From: Candidatus Multivoradales bacterium
GTDB taxonomy: Bacteria > Acidobacteriota > Thermoanaerobaculia > Multivoradales > Multivoraceae
Direction of reading: 5' to 3'
Length of the DNA stretch: 64,000 nucleotides
Assembly (NCBI GenBank): GCA_965223325.1
Contig: CBDCWI010000002.1
Span: 3,904,001 to 3,968,000 of the forward strand
Made by a program: the position numbers and the translations under genes. Below the pieces are notes generated by a model. That model did no database searches. It had not been told where the DNA came from and saw only the letters and a list, made by a program, of their open reading frames with translations. Position 1 is the first letter of the stretch; each line of letters opens with the position of its first letter. Below, one piece after another: positions 8,921 through 18,390 of this stretch.

Positions 8921-10312
8921 ATGAGTCAAACCTGGCTGGCTCTTGCCAGCAATCATGTTGAGACGGGGATGAGTCCCTGGGTGAGCGTTCTGCTTGCCGG
9001 CGTGTTGATCTTGATCAACGGCTTCTTCGTGGCGGCGGAGTTCGCGCTCGTCAAGGTGCGCTCGACCCAGCTCGAGCCCATGCGCGGAACCAAGCGCGGC
9101 GACCTGGCGCTCAAGATGCTCGACAACATCGACGCCTACCTCTCGGCATCGCAGTTGGGGATCACGCTTGCCAGTCTGGCGCTGGGTTGGATCGGTGAGC
9201 CGGCCTTTGCGTGGATTTTCGAGTCGATGTTTGGTGGGCTCGAGCTTCCGGAGCCCACCAGCCGGCTGCTGAGCGTTGTGTTGGCTTTCGTGACCATCAC
9301 CGCGTTACATATCGTCATCGGCGAGCAGGCGCCAAAGGCGATGGCGATTCGTCGGCCACGGCGCACTTCGGTCTTCGCTACCGTTCCGCTCTACGTCTTC
9401 TACATCGTCACCTACCCTGCGATCTGGCTCCTGAACGGAATGGCCAACGGCTTCCTGATGCTGTTCGGGGTCAAACCGGCGCGCGAGGGTGAGTTGGCGG
9501 TCAGCGAAGAGGAGATCCGTCAGATTCTCGCCGACGAGCACGAGAGCCGCCTGACCGAGGAGAAGCGCGAACTGCTCGACAACGTGTTCGAGCTCTCCGA
9601 TCGCATTGCTCGACACGTCATGGTGCCGCGTTCGGAGGTTGTCTTCCTCGACATCATGCTCTCGGTCGAAGAAAACCTCGAGACCGCCCGCGCCAGCGGT
9701 CACACCCGCTTTCCGCTTTGTGAAGAAGATCTCGACCATGTGCTCGGCATCGTGCACATCAAAGATCTCTTCCGAGCCAACAATCCACCCGCCGCGCTCG
9801 AAGACGTGCGGCGCGACACGTTCTTCGTGCCCGAAACCCAGTCGCTCGACGAGGTGCTCAGGCGCATGCGCACAGAACGCATTCACATGGCGGCCGTGCT
9901 CGATGAGTACGGCGGCATCAGCGGCATCATCACGCTCGAGAACATCATCGAAGAGATCGTTGGCGAGATTCAAGACGAGTTCGATTACGAGCTTCCCGAG
10001 GTCGTCAAAGAGTCCGAGGGGGTGTTCGAGGTCCAAGGCTCGACGTTGATCCGCGACCTCGAAGACGTGATTGGTGTCGACATCGCCTCCGGTGAGCGCG
10101 AAGAAGACACGGTCGCCGGCGCCGTTCTCTCCGAGCTCGGCCGTCGCGGTCAGGTAGGCGACAAGGTCGATGTCGGTCCGCTGTCGATCGTGGTGCGTGA
10201 GATCGACCACAACCGCATCGCCGCCGTGCAGGTGACGGTCAAAGACGCGATGGGCGAGGAGCTCGAGGAAAAGGTCGTCGAAGGTCTGGGGCCGGGGCGC
10301 GGCGCGCTTTAG
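8921..10312 (+). CDS. Hemolysin-family CNNM(DUF21)-CBS-CorC protein (Mg/Co transport related)
   Basis: NGFFVAAEFALVKVR, QLGITLASLALGWIGEP, SGHTRFPL, VLDEYGGISGIITLENIIEEIVGEIQDEFD. Confidence 0.93.
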   Translation: MSQTWLALASNHVETGMSPWVSVLLAGVLILINGFFVAAEFALVKVRSTQLEPMRGTKRGDLALKMLDNIDAYLSASQLGITLASLALGWIGEPAFAWIFESMFGGLELPEPTSRLLSVVLAFVTITALHIVIGEQAPKAMAIRRPRRTSVFATVPLYVFYIVTYPAIWLLNGMANGFLMLFGVKPAREGELAVSEEEIRQILADEHESRLTEEKRELLDNVFELSDRIARHVMVPRSEVVFLDIMLSVEENLETARASGHTRFPLCEEDLDHVLGIVHIKDLFRANNPPAALEDVRRDTFFVPETQSLDEVLRRMRTERIHMAAVLDEYGGISGIITLENIIEEIVGEIQDEFDYELPEVVKESEGVFEVQGSTLIRDLEDVIGVDIASGEREEDTVAGAVLSELGRRGQVGDKVDVGPLSIVVREIDHNRIAAVQVTVKDAMGEELEEKVVEGLGPGRGAL

Positions 10313-10323
10313 GGGGCCGGACG

Positions 10324-10680
10324 GTGACTGAGGAGCATCACCAGTTCCGCGGCGGTCGCAAGCTGACGTGGCGGGTCGCCCGCTTGATCGAGTTGGCGCG
10401 TGAACTTCCCGTAGGAGAGAAGGCGCTCGCAGAGATCGACGAGTTCGACTCGGTCTATTGGTTCGACGACTCCTGGAAGCCGACTTGTCGCGCGGTCACG
10501 GAGCACGCGCTGCGCATCGAGCGCGCCAATCTCGACGCTCCGATCATCCTCTCCGAGCGTGGCCTGGTCATGGACGGCATGCACCGGGTCGCAAAGGCCC
10601 ATCTGCTCGGTCACCAAACGATCAAAGCGGTCCAGTTCCCTGTCGACCCGGATCCGGACGCTGAGGCAGAGATTCGATGA
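10324..10680 (+). CDS. Small stand-alone ParB/sulfiredoxin-like N-terminal domain protein
   Basis: PIILSERGLVMDGMHRVAKA matches the ParB-N DGxHR motif; no HTH domain. Confidence 0.65.
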   Translation: MTEEHHQFRGGRKLTWRVARLIELARELPVGEKALAEIDEFDSVYWFDDSWKPTCRAVTEHALRIERANLDAPIILSERGLVMDGMHRVAKAHLLGHQTIKAVQFPVDPDPDAEAEIR

Positions 10681-10699
10681 CCGGGTCGCGAGTCTGTCG

Positions 10700-10783
10700 A
10701 AGCGCGCTCGAAACGGAACCCGGCATTCGGTGACGGTGTTTCCGATCTCGTCGAAGTGGTCCCAGCCGCGGGTCTCGAGCGTG
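10700..10783 (-). pseudogene. Frameshifted duplicate of the ilvA 3' end
   Basis: 10726-10783 matches 11935-11992 at 54/58 nt, with a 34-nt identical core. Translates TLETRGWDHFDEIGNTVTE then, after a 1-nt insertion, AGFRFERA (ilvA has AGFSFKRA). Confidence 0.85.
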
Positions 10784-11007
10784 GGACAACAGCCACCCGC
10801 TCGTTCCATTCCTCCAAGGCATGTGCTGGCGGTACGACGGAAAGCGACTCGAGGTCGTCTGGATCCGGCCAGGAGTTGGGAGTTGGCAGTTGGGCGAGGG
10901 AGTTTCGCGATGGCGGCGAGGACGACATCGACCTCGAGGAGAACGCCCAACTGACTGTCCCCTTACGAGCCTGAAACCAAGAGGGGAGACCAGGCCCAAC
11001 AAGAGGC

Positions 11008-11403
11008 TCACCAGATCAACGACAACCCGAACGTTTCAAGGGGGGCATCACGGCTGACCAGCGGCATGTTCTCAATGGAACTCTGTGCAGCGAGCATCCG
11101 GTCAAACGGATCGCGATGCGGCTGCGACCAATGTCCCGCTCTCTCTGCGTGTTGGATCGTGACAGCAAGCTCGCTGAGACCTGCACGGGACACCCAGCCA
11201 GCGATGTCCTGGACCAGCGTGTCAGCGCTCGGAAGCTTCCCGATCCTATGTTTGGTGCTGATCTCCCAGGCACTGGCGCTGGAGACAAAGATCTGGTTCG
11301 CCGGATCCTCAATGATCCGATAGGCCTTCTTCGAGAGCCTTGAGTCGTCGAACAACCACCACAAGAGAGTGTGCGTGTCGAGCAGGAACTTCAGCTTTCC
11401 CAC
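11008..11403 (-). CDS. vapC: PIN-domain type II toxin (VapC family)
   Basis: LLDTHTLLW, VSSASAWEI, HRDPFDRML, LVSRD acidic PIN motifs. Confidence 0.93.
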   Translation of the reverse strand: MGKLKFLLDTHTLLWWLFDDSRLSKKAYRIIEDPANQIFVSSASAWEISTKHRIGKLPSADTLVQDIAGWVSRAGLSELAVTIQHAERAGHWSQPHRDPFDRMLAAQSSIENMPLVSRDAPLETFGLSLIW

Positions 11404-11615
11404 GCCGCCAACTCCTCCTCGGGCAGCGGGTCAAAGAAGCTGTCATCGAGAGTCCCCACGAGAAGTCCGGGCTGGCGTTTCTCGGGAGGCGCCAGTGGGC
11501 AGAGCCTCGCGTAAGGCTTCCCGTTCTTTGAAATGACCACCTCTTCGCCTGCCTTCGCCCGTTCGAGCAGCCGGGAGAGGTGCGTCTTCGCTTCGTGGAC
11601 ATTGATCGTCTTCAT
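11391..11615 (-). CDS. Phd/YefM-family antitoxin
   Basis: MKTINVHEAKTHLSRLLERAKAGEEVVISKNGKPYARL; overlaps the toxin start. Confidence 0.93.
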   Translation of the reverse strand: MKTINVHEAKTHLSRLLERAKAGEEVVISKNGKPYARLCPLAPPEKRQPGLLVGTLDDSFFDPLPEEELAAWES

Positions 11616-11621
11616 CCAACG

Positions 11622-11650
11622 AGATTAGTCCACAAGAAAGACTAAGTCAA
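11622..11650 (-). promoter_or_regulatory. TA promoter TTGACT-N17-TAATCT with overlapping operator TTAGTC-N9-GACTAA
   Basis: Read directly. The -10 box ends 6 nt before the antitoxin ATG and there is no RBS, suggesting a leaderless mRNA. Confidence 0.75.
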
Positions 11651-11907
11651 CCAGATCTCTCCTGCGCCGGCCTCGGCTGGTAGGGAGCGGGGCCTCGCCG
11701 TTCCAGAGGACCTATTCGAGCTCTCCGACGCGCTCAGAGGATTCGACGGTGCGGAAGGTGCGCCACAGGTGAACCCAACGCAGAAGCGACTGCCTCAGGT
11801 TCCTGAATAGTGACGACGAGGCGTATGAAGTTGTTGTTCTTGCAGCCGCGACCAGGCGCACCTGTCGAAGTGGGTGGGTGGATACCGAGGCGTCAGGGCC
11901 GCGGAGC

Positions 11908-13116
11908 CTAAGCACGCTTGAAGCTGAAGCCAGCTTCGGTGACGGTACTTCCGATCTCGTCGAAGTGGTCCCAGCCGCGGGTTTCGAGGGTGAGCTCGAC
12001 GACGACGTCGCCGAGAGCGGCGTTTCCGAAGGTGCGTTGGTGGTGAACTTCGATGACGTTGGCTTCTGTGTCGGCTACCAGTTGGAGCAGTGACGCGAGG
12101 GCGCCGGGGCGGTCGCGGATCGTGACCTCGACTTGGATCATGCGGCCGTCTTTGGCCAGGCCGCGTTCGATGATCCGCGACAGGACGTTGACGTCGATGT
12201 TGCCGCCGCCAAGCACCATGGCGACGTTCTTGCCCTCGATGTCACCGAGGCGGCCGTTCATGACGGCGGCGAGTGCGGCGGCGCCGGCGCCCTCGGCGAC
12301 GGTCTTTTCTCGCTCGAGCAGCAGCAGAATCGCGTTGGCGATTTCTTCTTCGCCGACGGTGACGATCTCGTCGACGTGTTTGGCGACCATTTCGAGCGTC
12401 AACTGGCCGGGTTGCTTGACCGCGATGCCGTCGGCGAGGGTAACCGCGGGTTCCAGGCGCGTCGGTCTACCGGCCTCGACGCTCCGTTTCATCGACGGCA
12501 GCACGCGGGCCTCGACGCCGACGATGCGCACCTTGGGGCGCAGCGACTTGTAAGCGGCGGCGATGCCGGCAATCAAGCCACCGCCGCCGATCGGGACGAC
12601 GACCACGTCGAGTGCTGGCTGCTGCTCCATCATTTCGAGCGCGATGGTGCCCTGACCGGCGATGATCATCGGGTCGTCGAAGGGGTGCACGAAGGTGAAG
12701 CCATGCTCCTCCTCGAGCTCGCGGGCGCGGGCGTAGGCTTCGTCGAAGTCGGTGCCCTCGAGGCGTACGTCGGCCCCGAAGCTACGTGTGTTCGACACCT
12801 TGATAAGCGGCGTGCTCTCGGGCATCACGATGACCACCGGAAGGCCGAGGACGCCGGCGTGATAGGCGACGGCCTGGGCGTGGTTGCCGGCCGAGGCGCA
12901 GATCAGGCCGGCGGCGCGCTCTTTGTCGCCGAGGGTAGCGAGGCGGTTGAGGGCGCCGCGCTCCTTGAACGATCCAGTGCGTTGCAGGTTCTCGAGTTTG
13001 AGGAAGGCGTTCAGGCCGCAGGTCTTCGAGAAGTACTCGGAGCGCGGGCACGGCGTCAGGTAGACCGCATCGCCCAGCCGCTCGCGCGACTGCATGATCT
13101 CTTCGAGTCCAACCAT
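11908..13116 (-). CDS. ilvA: Threonine ammonia-lyase with C-terminal ACT domain
   Basis: KLENLQRTGSFKERGA PLP lysine, SAGNHAQ, PIGGGGLI, ACT domain DRPGALASLL. Confidence 0.92.
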   Translation of the reverse strand: MVGLEEIMQSRERLGDAVYLTPCPRSEYFSKTCGLNAFLKLENLQRTGSFKERGALNRLATLGDKERAAGLICASAGNHAQAVAYHAGVLGLPVVIVMPESTPLIKVSNTRSFGADVRLEGTDFDEAYARARELEEEHGFTFVHPFDDPMIIAGQGTIALEMMEQQPALDVVVVPIGGGGLIAGIAAAYKSLRPKVRIVGVEARVLPSMKRSVEAGRPTRLEPAVTLADGIAVKQPGQLTLEMVAKHVDEIVTVGEEEIANAILLLLEREKTVAEGAGAAALAAVMNGRLGDIEGKNVAMVLGGGNIDVNVLSRIIERGLAKDGRMIQVEVTIRDRPGALASLLQLVADTEANVIEVHHQRTFGNAALGDVVVELTLETRGWDHFDEIGSTVTEAGFSFKRA

Positions 13117-13145
13117 TGGCGGATGCTATCCCGCCGGCTTTCTCG

Positions 13146-14351
13146 TTACGGGTTGCGTTGGGCCAGAACGGGGGCGGTTGCCGCGAAGCGAGCGGTGTGA
13201 GTCTGATTCGCTGCGTTTCTCAGGCGGTGCAAGCGGCGAAACTCCGCATACGCCTCGCGCGCGAGGTCACCGTCGCCGCGCGCGGCGAGAGCTGAGCGGC
13301 GACGCAGCCAGGCGGTGGGGAACCCCGGGTTGAGCGCGATGGCGCGATTGGCCGATTCGAGTGCGTCGTCCAGCTGCCCGGCCAACAACTGCACGCTGGC
13401 GAGGTTCGAATGCACGATCGGTTCGGTGTCTTTGGTGTCGAGGGCAAGCAGAAAGGTCGCGCGAGCGGCGTCGAGATGACCGAGCTCGCGCTGTGCCAGG
13501 CCGAGGTTGTTGAGCGCGCCGAGACTTCGCGGGGTGATCTGGAGGGCCTGCTGCGCATAGAAGAGCGCATCGTTTGGGCGACCGGCATGGATCAGTCGTG
13601 CCGAGGCGAGCTCCCAGGTGTTGGCCAGAATCTCTCGCCAGCCGCCAAGGAGCGTCGCTCGCTCGTGGCGCTCGGCTTCGAGCGCTCGGGCATAGCGCTC
13701 TGCGTCGTGCCACTGCAGGCTGGTGCGTTTTCCGGTGCGCGCCGGAACGTTCATGTCGGCGATGCGCAGAGTGCCACCTTGTCGGATGGCGAGTGCCATG
13801 TGGTCGGAGTGGCTGACCGCGAAGGTGTTCTCGATGAGGGACGCTGCCGGATCGCGTTGATCAATCGCTTCGAGCGTTGCGTACACCGCCAGGACGGCGG
13901 CATCGCAGTCGAGCTCGATGGGTGCCTGATCGAACGGAACGCCGAGGTGGCGTGAGAAGAGGTCGATGAACAGGTGGTTGTTGCCGGTTCCGCGAAGCAT
14001 CCGGACTCCGGCTTTTGTCCAGCCGGCCTGGACTTGTTCGATGATCTGGGCGAGTTCGATCTCCTGCGTGACCACTTCGGCTGCAACCTGGTCGCGTAGG
14101 GAGGTGAATGTCTCCCAGGCTAGCTGGGCACGATCAGCGGCCTCGGGTTCGTCGGAGAGGCTTTTCTCGATCCAGAATTTGGCTTTGAGGCCCTGGTCGG
14201 CGTCGAGCAGTCGCTGGACTTCGGCCACCAGGGTTCGATGCGCTGGTGGCAAGGGGACTTCTGGAGCGGCGGCGTTGAGAGGCGCTAGCGGCAGAAGGGT
14301 GAGGGCACTGATGAGAGCAAGAGATGAGAAAGCAGCCGAATGGGTGGTCAT
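13146..14351 (-). CDS. Secreted protein with transglutaminase-like domain and C-terminal TPRs
   Basis: Signal peptide; LDCD...HMALAI...IAD putative Cys-His-Asp; TPRs (ALNNLGLAQRELG, VHSNLASVQL). Confidence 0.6.
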   Translation of the reverse strand: MTTHSAAFSSLALISALTLLPLAPLNAAAPEVPLPPAHRTLVAEVQRLLDADQGLKAKFWIEKSLSDEPEAADRAQLAWETFTSLRDQVAAEVVTQEIELAQIIEQVQAGWTKAGVRMLRGTGNNHLFIDLFSRHLGVPFDQAPIELDCDAAVLAVYATLEAIDQRDPAASLIENTFAVSHSDHMALAIRQGGTLRIADMNVPARTGKRTSLQWHDAERYARALEAERHERATLLGGWREILANTWELASARLIHAGRPNDALFYAQQALQITPRSLGALNNLGLAQRELGHLDAARATFLLALDTKDTEPIVHSNLASVQLLAGQLDDALESANRAIALNPGFPTAWLRRRSALAARGDGDLAREAYAEFRRLHRLRNAANQTHTARFAATAPVLAQRNP

Positions 14352-14599
14352 TGGGTGCCGGCGACAACCGACTTAAGGGTGGGTGGGCCTCGCGGTCGCG
14401 GCGTCGTACCTCCGTTTCTTTGAATGTCTTGGGCCCGGTATTGGGCGGCGATGACCTATAGAAGCAAGATGTATACCAGTTATACGAGATAATGGATTGG
14501 TGGATTCAAGCTGTTGGAGTGCCAAGAATCGGGAGTTCGTGCCGGCTGTCTTGCCGTCTTTTGGTTGTTTCTGGATGTTGGATGGGTGGATGGTTGGTC

Positions 14600-14642
<43 letters not shown>

Positions 14643-14667
14643 GGTGGGGGGGTGTGGGTCTGGAAGG

Positions 14668-15046
14668 GCGCCGGGTTCGAAACCTGGGGCGTGCGCCTTC
14701 CGCGACGGTCCTCGGCTGGTTCTTGGGTGCTGGTTCGGTATGGGGCTGCAGGTCTTTTGGGCGTCGCCTTGATGGTTGCCGCCTGACTGCTCCCTGGCGC
14801 ACGCCCCAGGCTCCGAACCCTCTCGTTGTATGCCCCGCCCGCTCAGTTTGAGGGGGGGTGTGCGCTCGTGCTCCGCACATCGCGCTTGCTGGTTCTTGGG
14901 TGCTGGTTCGGTATGGGGCTGCAGGTCCTTTCGGCGTCGCCTTGATGGTTGCCGCCTGACTGCTCCCTGGCGCACGCCCCAGGCTCCGAACCCTCTCGTT
15001 GTTTGCCACGCCCGCTCAGTTGAGGGGGGGTGGGCGCTCGTGCTTC
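14668..15046. repeat. Tandem ~173-bp repeat (two copies, starting 14715 and 14888) with internal inverted repeat
   Basis: Near-identical units. 14673-14697 is the inverted complement of 14796-14820 (2 mismatches). Confidence 0.9.
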
Positions 15047-15053
15047 AGGCAAA

Positions 15054-15082
15054 TTGACACCCCAGAACGGCTCTGCTAATTT
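15054..15082 (+). promoter_or_regulatory. Sigma70 promoter for tRNA-Val/thrS (TTGACA-N17-TAATTT, with extended TG)
   Basis: Perfect -35, 17-nt spacer, TGcTAATTT. Confidence 0.7.
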
Positions 15083-15184
15083 GCGCGTTCTTCGGTGACA
15101 GCCGCCACTTGAATCTGGGGTTCTTCGGATCTCCTCGGTTCGAGTACCCCTCCAGGACGTCCCAGGCTTTGGTTGCCGATGAAT

Positions 15185-15261
15185 AGGCCCGTAGCTCAGC
15201 TGGTTAGAGCGCTACGTTGACATCGTAGAGGTCAGCGGTTCGAGTCCGCTCGGGCCTACCA
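15185..15261 (+). tRNA. tRNA-Val(GAC)
   Basis: Acceptor AGGCCCG/CGGGCCT-ACCA, anticodon arm CTACG-TTGACAT-CGTAG, T-loop GGTTCGAGTCC. Confidence 0.97.
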
Positions 15262-15351
15262 GTGCGCGATCCAGGTGGGTCGGCTACTTGTTCAGGGCAG
15301 TCAGGCTTGGGTGTTGCTCGGGTCTTTTGCCCTTCTTTGGTGTCCGTACAG

Positions 15352-15428
15352 AGGCGCTTAGCTCAGCTGGTTAGAGCGCTACCTTCACACGGTAGAGGTC
15401 AGCGGTTCGAGTCCGCTAGCGCCTACCA
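15352..15428 (+). tRNA. tRNA-Val(CAC)
   Basis: Acceptor AGGCGCT/AGCGCCT-ACCA, anticodon arm CTACC-TTCACAC-GGTAG. Confidence 0.97.
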
Positions 15429-15480
15429 GGCCGCCTGTGGGCCTGGCGTGCGGCCCCTACGCTCCCTTCCGTTTTCCGTC

Positions 15481-17415
15481 ATGACCACCAACCAAGCCAT
15501 CGCTCTCACGCTGCCTGACGGCTCGGTGCGTGAGGTTCCTGCCGGTTCGTCGCCGGCGGATGTTGCGGCGTCGATTGGGCCGGGTCTGGCGAAGGCTTCT
15601 GTTGGGGCTTCTCTGAACGGGGAGGTCGTTGACTTGCGCACGCCGCTTCATGAGGGCGGTGACTTTGCGTTGTTTACGACGAAGAGTCCCGAGGCGGGGG
15701 ATTTCGTGCGCCATACGGCTGAGCATGTTCTGGCCGATGCGGTGCAGCGCTTGTGGCCCGGTACGGAGATCGATGCGGGTCGCCAGGATCACTCGGAGAA
15801 GTTTCAGTACGACTTCCGCTTCGCGCGCCCTTTCACGGCTGAGGATCTCGAGAAGATCGAGAAGAAGATGCGCGAGATCGTCAAGGAGAAGCTGCCACTC
15901 GAGCGTCTCGAGGTGACGCGCGAGGAGGCTCGTGAGTTGATGAAGGAGCGCGGCGAGAACCTCAAGCTCGAGCGCCTCGACGACATTCCCGAGGGCGAGG
16001 CGATTACGCTCTATAAGCACGGCGAGTTCGTTGACCTGTGTCGGGGGCCGCATGCGCAGACAACGGGACAGATCGGGGCGCTCAAGCTGCTCGAGAGCTC
16101 GGTGGTGTACTTCCGGGGCGACGAGGCGAATGAGCGCCTGCAGCGCATCTACGGCACGGCGTTTCTCACCAAGCAGGAGATGGCCGACTACGAGGAGCGC
16201 ATGGAACTGGCGCGGGCGCGGGACCATCGGCGGCTTGGGCCGGAGCTCGATCTCTTCAGTTTCAGCGAGCACGCGCCGGGCAGTCCGTTCTTCCATCCCC
16301 GGGGGACGGTGGTCTACAACTTGTTGGTCGGGTACATCCGCGAGCTGCTTTTGCGGGGCGGCTACGGCGAGGTGCGGACGCCCTTGATTCTCGATGAGGA
16401 GCTTTGGCACCGCTCGGGCCATTGGGACAACTATCGCGACAATATGTACTTCGTCGACATCGACGAGCGGCGCTACGCGGTCAAGCCGATGAACTGCCCG
16501 ACGCACTGTTTGATCTTCGGTACCCGCCTGCGCTCCTACCGCGACCTACCGATTCGTTACGCTGACTTCGGTCACCTGCATCGGTACGAACGGAGCGGCG
16601 TGATCTCAGGCCTGACGCGGGTGCGTACCTTTTGCCAGGACGATGCGCACGTGTTCTGCACCGAGGAGCAGATCGAGAGCGAAGTGCTGGGGTTGATTGG
16701 CACGATTCAGGAGATCTACGACACGTTCGGCTTCGGCGAGGTCGGGATCGAGCTGTCGACTCGCCCGGAGAAGGCGATCGGCACGGCCCAGATGTGGGAT
16801 CGCGCCGAGGCTGCCCTCTCTGCGGCGCTCGAGAGCGCTGGCATCGACTATGTGGTCAATGAGGGTGACGGTGCCTTCTATGGCCCGAAGATCGACTTCC
16901 ACATCCACGACACGCTGGGACGCTCCTGGCAACTGGGTACCGTCCAGCTCGACTACCAGATGCCTGAGCGCTTCGATCTCGACTACGTCGGTGCGGATGG
17001 CTCGGGTCACCGCCCGGTGATGATCCATCGCGCCATGTTGGGTTCGGTCGAGCGCTTCATGGGCATTCTCATCGAGCACGCCGGCGGCGCCTTTCCGCTG
17101 TGGCTGGCGCCAGTGCAGGCGATGATTCTACCGGTGTCGGACAAGTTCCAGGACTATGCCGCCACCGTCCGTGATCAGCTCATCGCCAAGGGCCTGCGGG
17201 CAGAGGTCGATGAGCGCTCGGAGAAGCTGGGCTACAAGATTCGCGAAGCCCAACTCCAGAAGATCCCCTACATGTTGATCGTCGGTGCGCGAGAGGCCGA
17301 GGAGGCGACGATCTCGGTGCGGTTGCGGGCGGGAGAGGAGCTCGGCGGCATGTCGGTCGATGACTTCGCGGAGCGCACGCGACCGCTAGTCGAAAGCCGC
17401 AGCCTGGAGCTCTAG
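15481..17415 (+). CDS. thrS: Threonine--tRNA ligase
   Basis: TGS domain (LTLPDGS), DLCRGPH, KPMNCP, GAFYGPKID, IHRAMLGSVERF. The longer ORF call overlaps the tRNA genes, so ATG 15481 is used. Confidence 0.98.
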   Translation: MTTNQAIALTLPDGSVREVPAGSSPADVAASIGPGLAKASVGASLNGEVVDLRTPLHEGGDFALFTTKSPEAGDFVRHTAEHVLADAVQRLWPGTEIDAGRQDHSEKFQYDFRFARPFTAEDLEKIEKKMREIVKEKLPLERLEVTREEARELMKERGENLKLERLDDIPEGEAITLYKHGEFVDLCRGPHAQTTGQIGALKLLESSVVYFRGDEANERLQRIYGTAFLTKQEMADYEERMELARARDHRRLGPELDLFSFSEHAPGSPFFHPRGTVVYNLLVGYIRELLLRGGYGEVRTPLILDEELWHRSGHWDNYRDNMYFVDIDERRYAVKPMNCPTHCLIFGTRLRSYRDLPIRYADFGHLHRYERSGVISGLTRVRTFCQDDAHVFCTEEQIESEVLGLIGTIQEIYDTFGFGEVGIELSTRPEKAIGTAQMWDRAEAALSAALESAGIDYVVNEGDGAFYGPKIDFHIHDTLGRSWQLGTVQLDYQMPERFDLDYVGADGSGHRPVMIHRAMLGSVERFMGILIEHAGGAFPLWLAPVQAMILPVSDKFQDYAATVRDQLIAKGLRAEVDERSEKLGYKIREAQLQKIPYMLIVGAREAEEATISVRLRAGEELGGMSVDDFAERTRPLVESRSLEL

Positions 17416-17476
17416 TACGTCGTACCAGTGAAACGGCCAGCGTCTGCCACGATCCGATCCAGGTACGGGGCACTGG
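17412..17476. mobile_element. Degenerate, internally deleted MITE-like element (same family as 43825-43990)
   Basis: CTAGTACGTCGTACCAGTGAAA matches that element's left end at 19/22; GGTACGGGGCACTGG matches its right end at 13/15. Starts on the thrS TAG. Confidence 0.55.
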
Positions 17477-17577
17477 CGCGAGGCATTGAGGGGCCCTGGG
17501 TTCTCTGTTACGCTCACCAATTCGGAAACTCGAACACCTTCGGGCTCAGCTCGCCCGAAATCGATAGGCAGGAAACA

Positions 17578-17772
17578 ATGCCAAAGCTCAAGACTCACAA
17601 GGGTGCCGCCAAGCGCTTCAAGACCACCGCCTCGGGCAAGGTCAAGCGCAACCACGCCGGCAAGAACCACATCCTCACCAAGAAGTCGCAGAAGCGCAAG
17701 CGCAAGCTGCGTGACTCGACGCTGGTCGAGGGCAAGTTCGCCCGCAACATCAAAGAAATGATCGGCGGCTAG
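17578..17772 (+). CDS. rpmI: 50S ribosomal protein L35
   Basis: [36 protein letters not shown]. Confidence 0.98.
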   Translation: MPKLKTHKGAAKRFKTTASGKVKRNHAGKNHILTKKSQKRKRKLRDSTLVEGKFARNIKEMIGG

Positions 17773-17946
17773 CCGAAGCCTCCGATTCCAGATCCCCCGT
17801 GGAGCTGTCGCGACGCGCGTCGCGATAGATGACCTGGGAGGCGGCGCACCGGTGGAACGAACCTGTCCATCCCGTCGCGAATCTGAGACGAGCCGTACGA
17901 GGCTCTCTACTCAGGCTCCCGTAGTTTCGAACACAACGAGGTTCTC

Positions 17947-18300
17947 ATGAGAGTTAGAAGAGGCACCAAGCGCGTCCAGCGCCGCCGCAAGATTCTGAAG
18001 CGTGCCAAGGGCTACTACGGCACCAAGTCGAAGGCCCATCGAGTTGCGAAACTCGCGGTCCAGAAGTCCCTTCAATACGCCTATCGCGACCGGCGTCAAA
18101 GAAAGCGCGAAATGCGCAAGCTCTGGATCGTCCGCATCAACGCGGCGGCCCGGCTTTCGGGCATCTCCTACAACCGCTTCATCTCTGGCCTGAAGTTGGC
18201 CGGGGTTGAAGTGAACCGCAAGGTCCTCGCTGACCTCGCGGTTCATGACGAGGATGGTTTTAGGGCTCTCGCCGAGAAAGCCAAAGCAGCTCTCGCCTAG
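17947..18300 (+). CDS. rplT: 50S ribosomal protein L20
   Basis: [39 protein letters not shown]. Confidence 0.98.
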   Translation: MRVRRGTKRVQRRRKILKRAKGYYGTKSKAHRVAKLAVQKSLQYAYRDRRQRKREMRKLWIVRINAAARLSGISYNRFISGLKLAGVEVNRKVLADLAVHDEDGFRALAEKAKAALA

Positions 18301-18390
18301 GGCGTTCCGGTGGGCGGGAGCCTTCCGGAAACCCAGAGAGAGCACGAATGAAACCGTTGGGGAAACGCGCGCTCCGCCGTTTGCCTGGAG

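Noticed and set aside
10309-10950. 213-aa minus-strand ORF as a real gene
   Set aside because: Only the short ilvA-derived stretch is recognisable; the rest is antisense to the ParB-like gene.
15262-15480. N-terminal extension of ThrS in the ORF track
   Set aside because: Overlaps tRNA-Val(CAC); the real start is ATG 15481.
17773-17946. L20 leader or other ncRNA between rpmI and rplT
   Set aside because: An 18-bp palindrome (17808-17825) is present, but no family can be supported without a covariance search.
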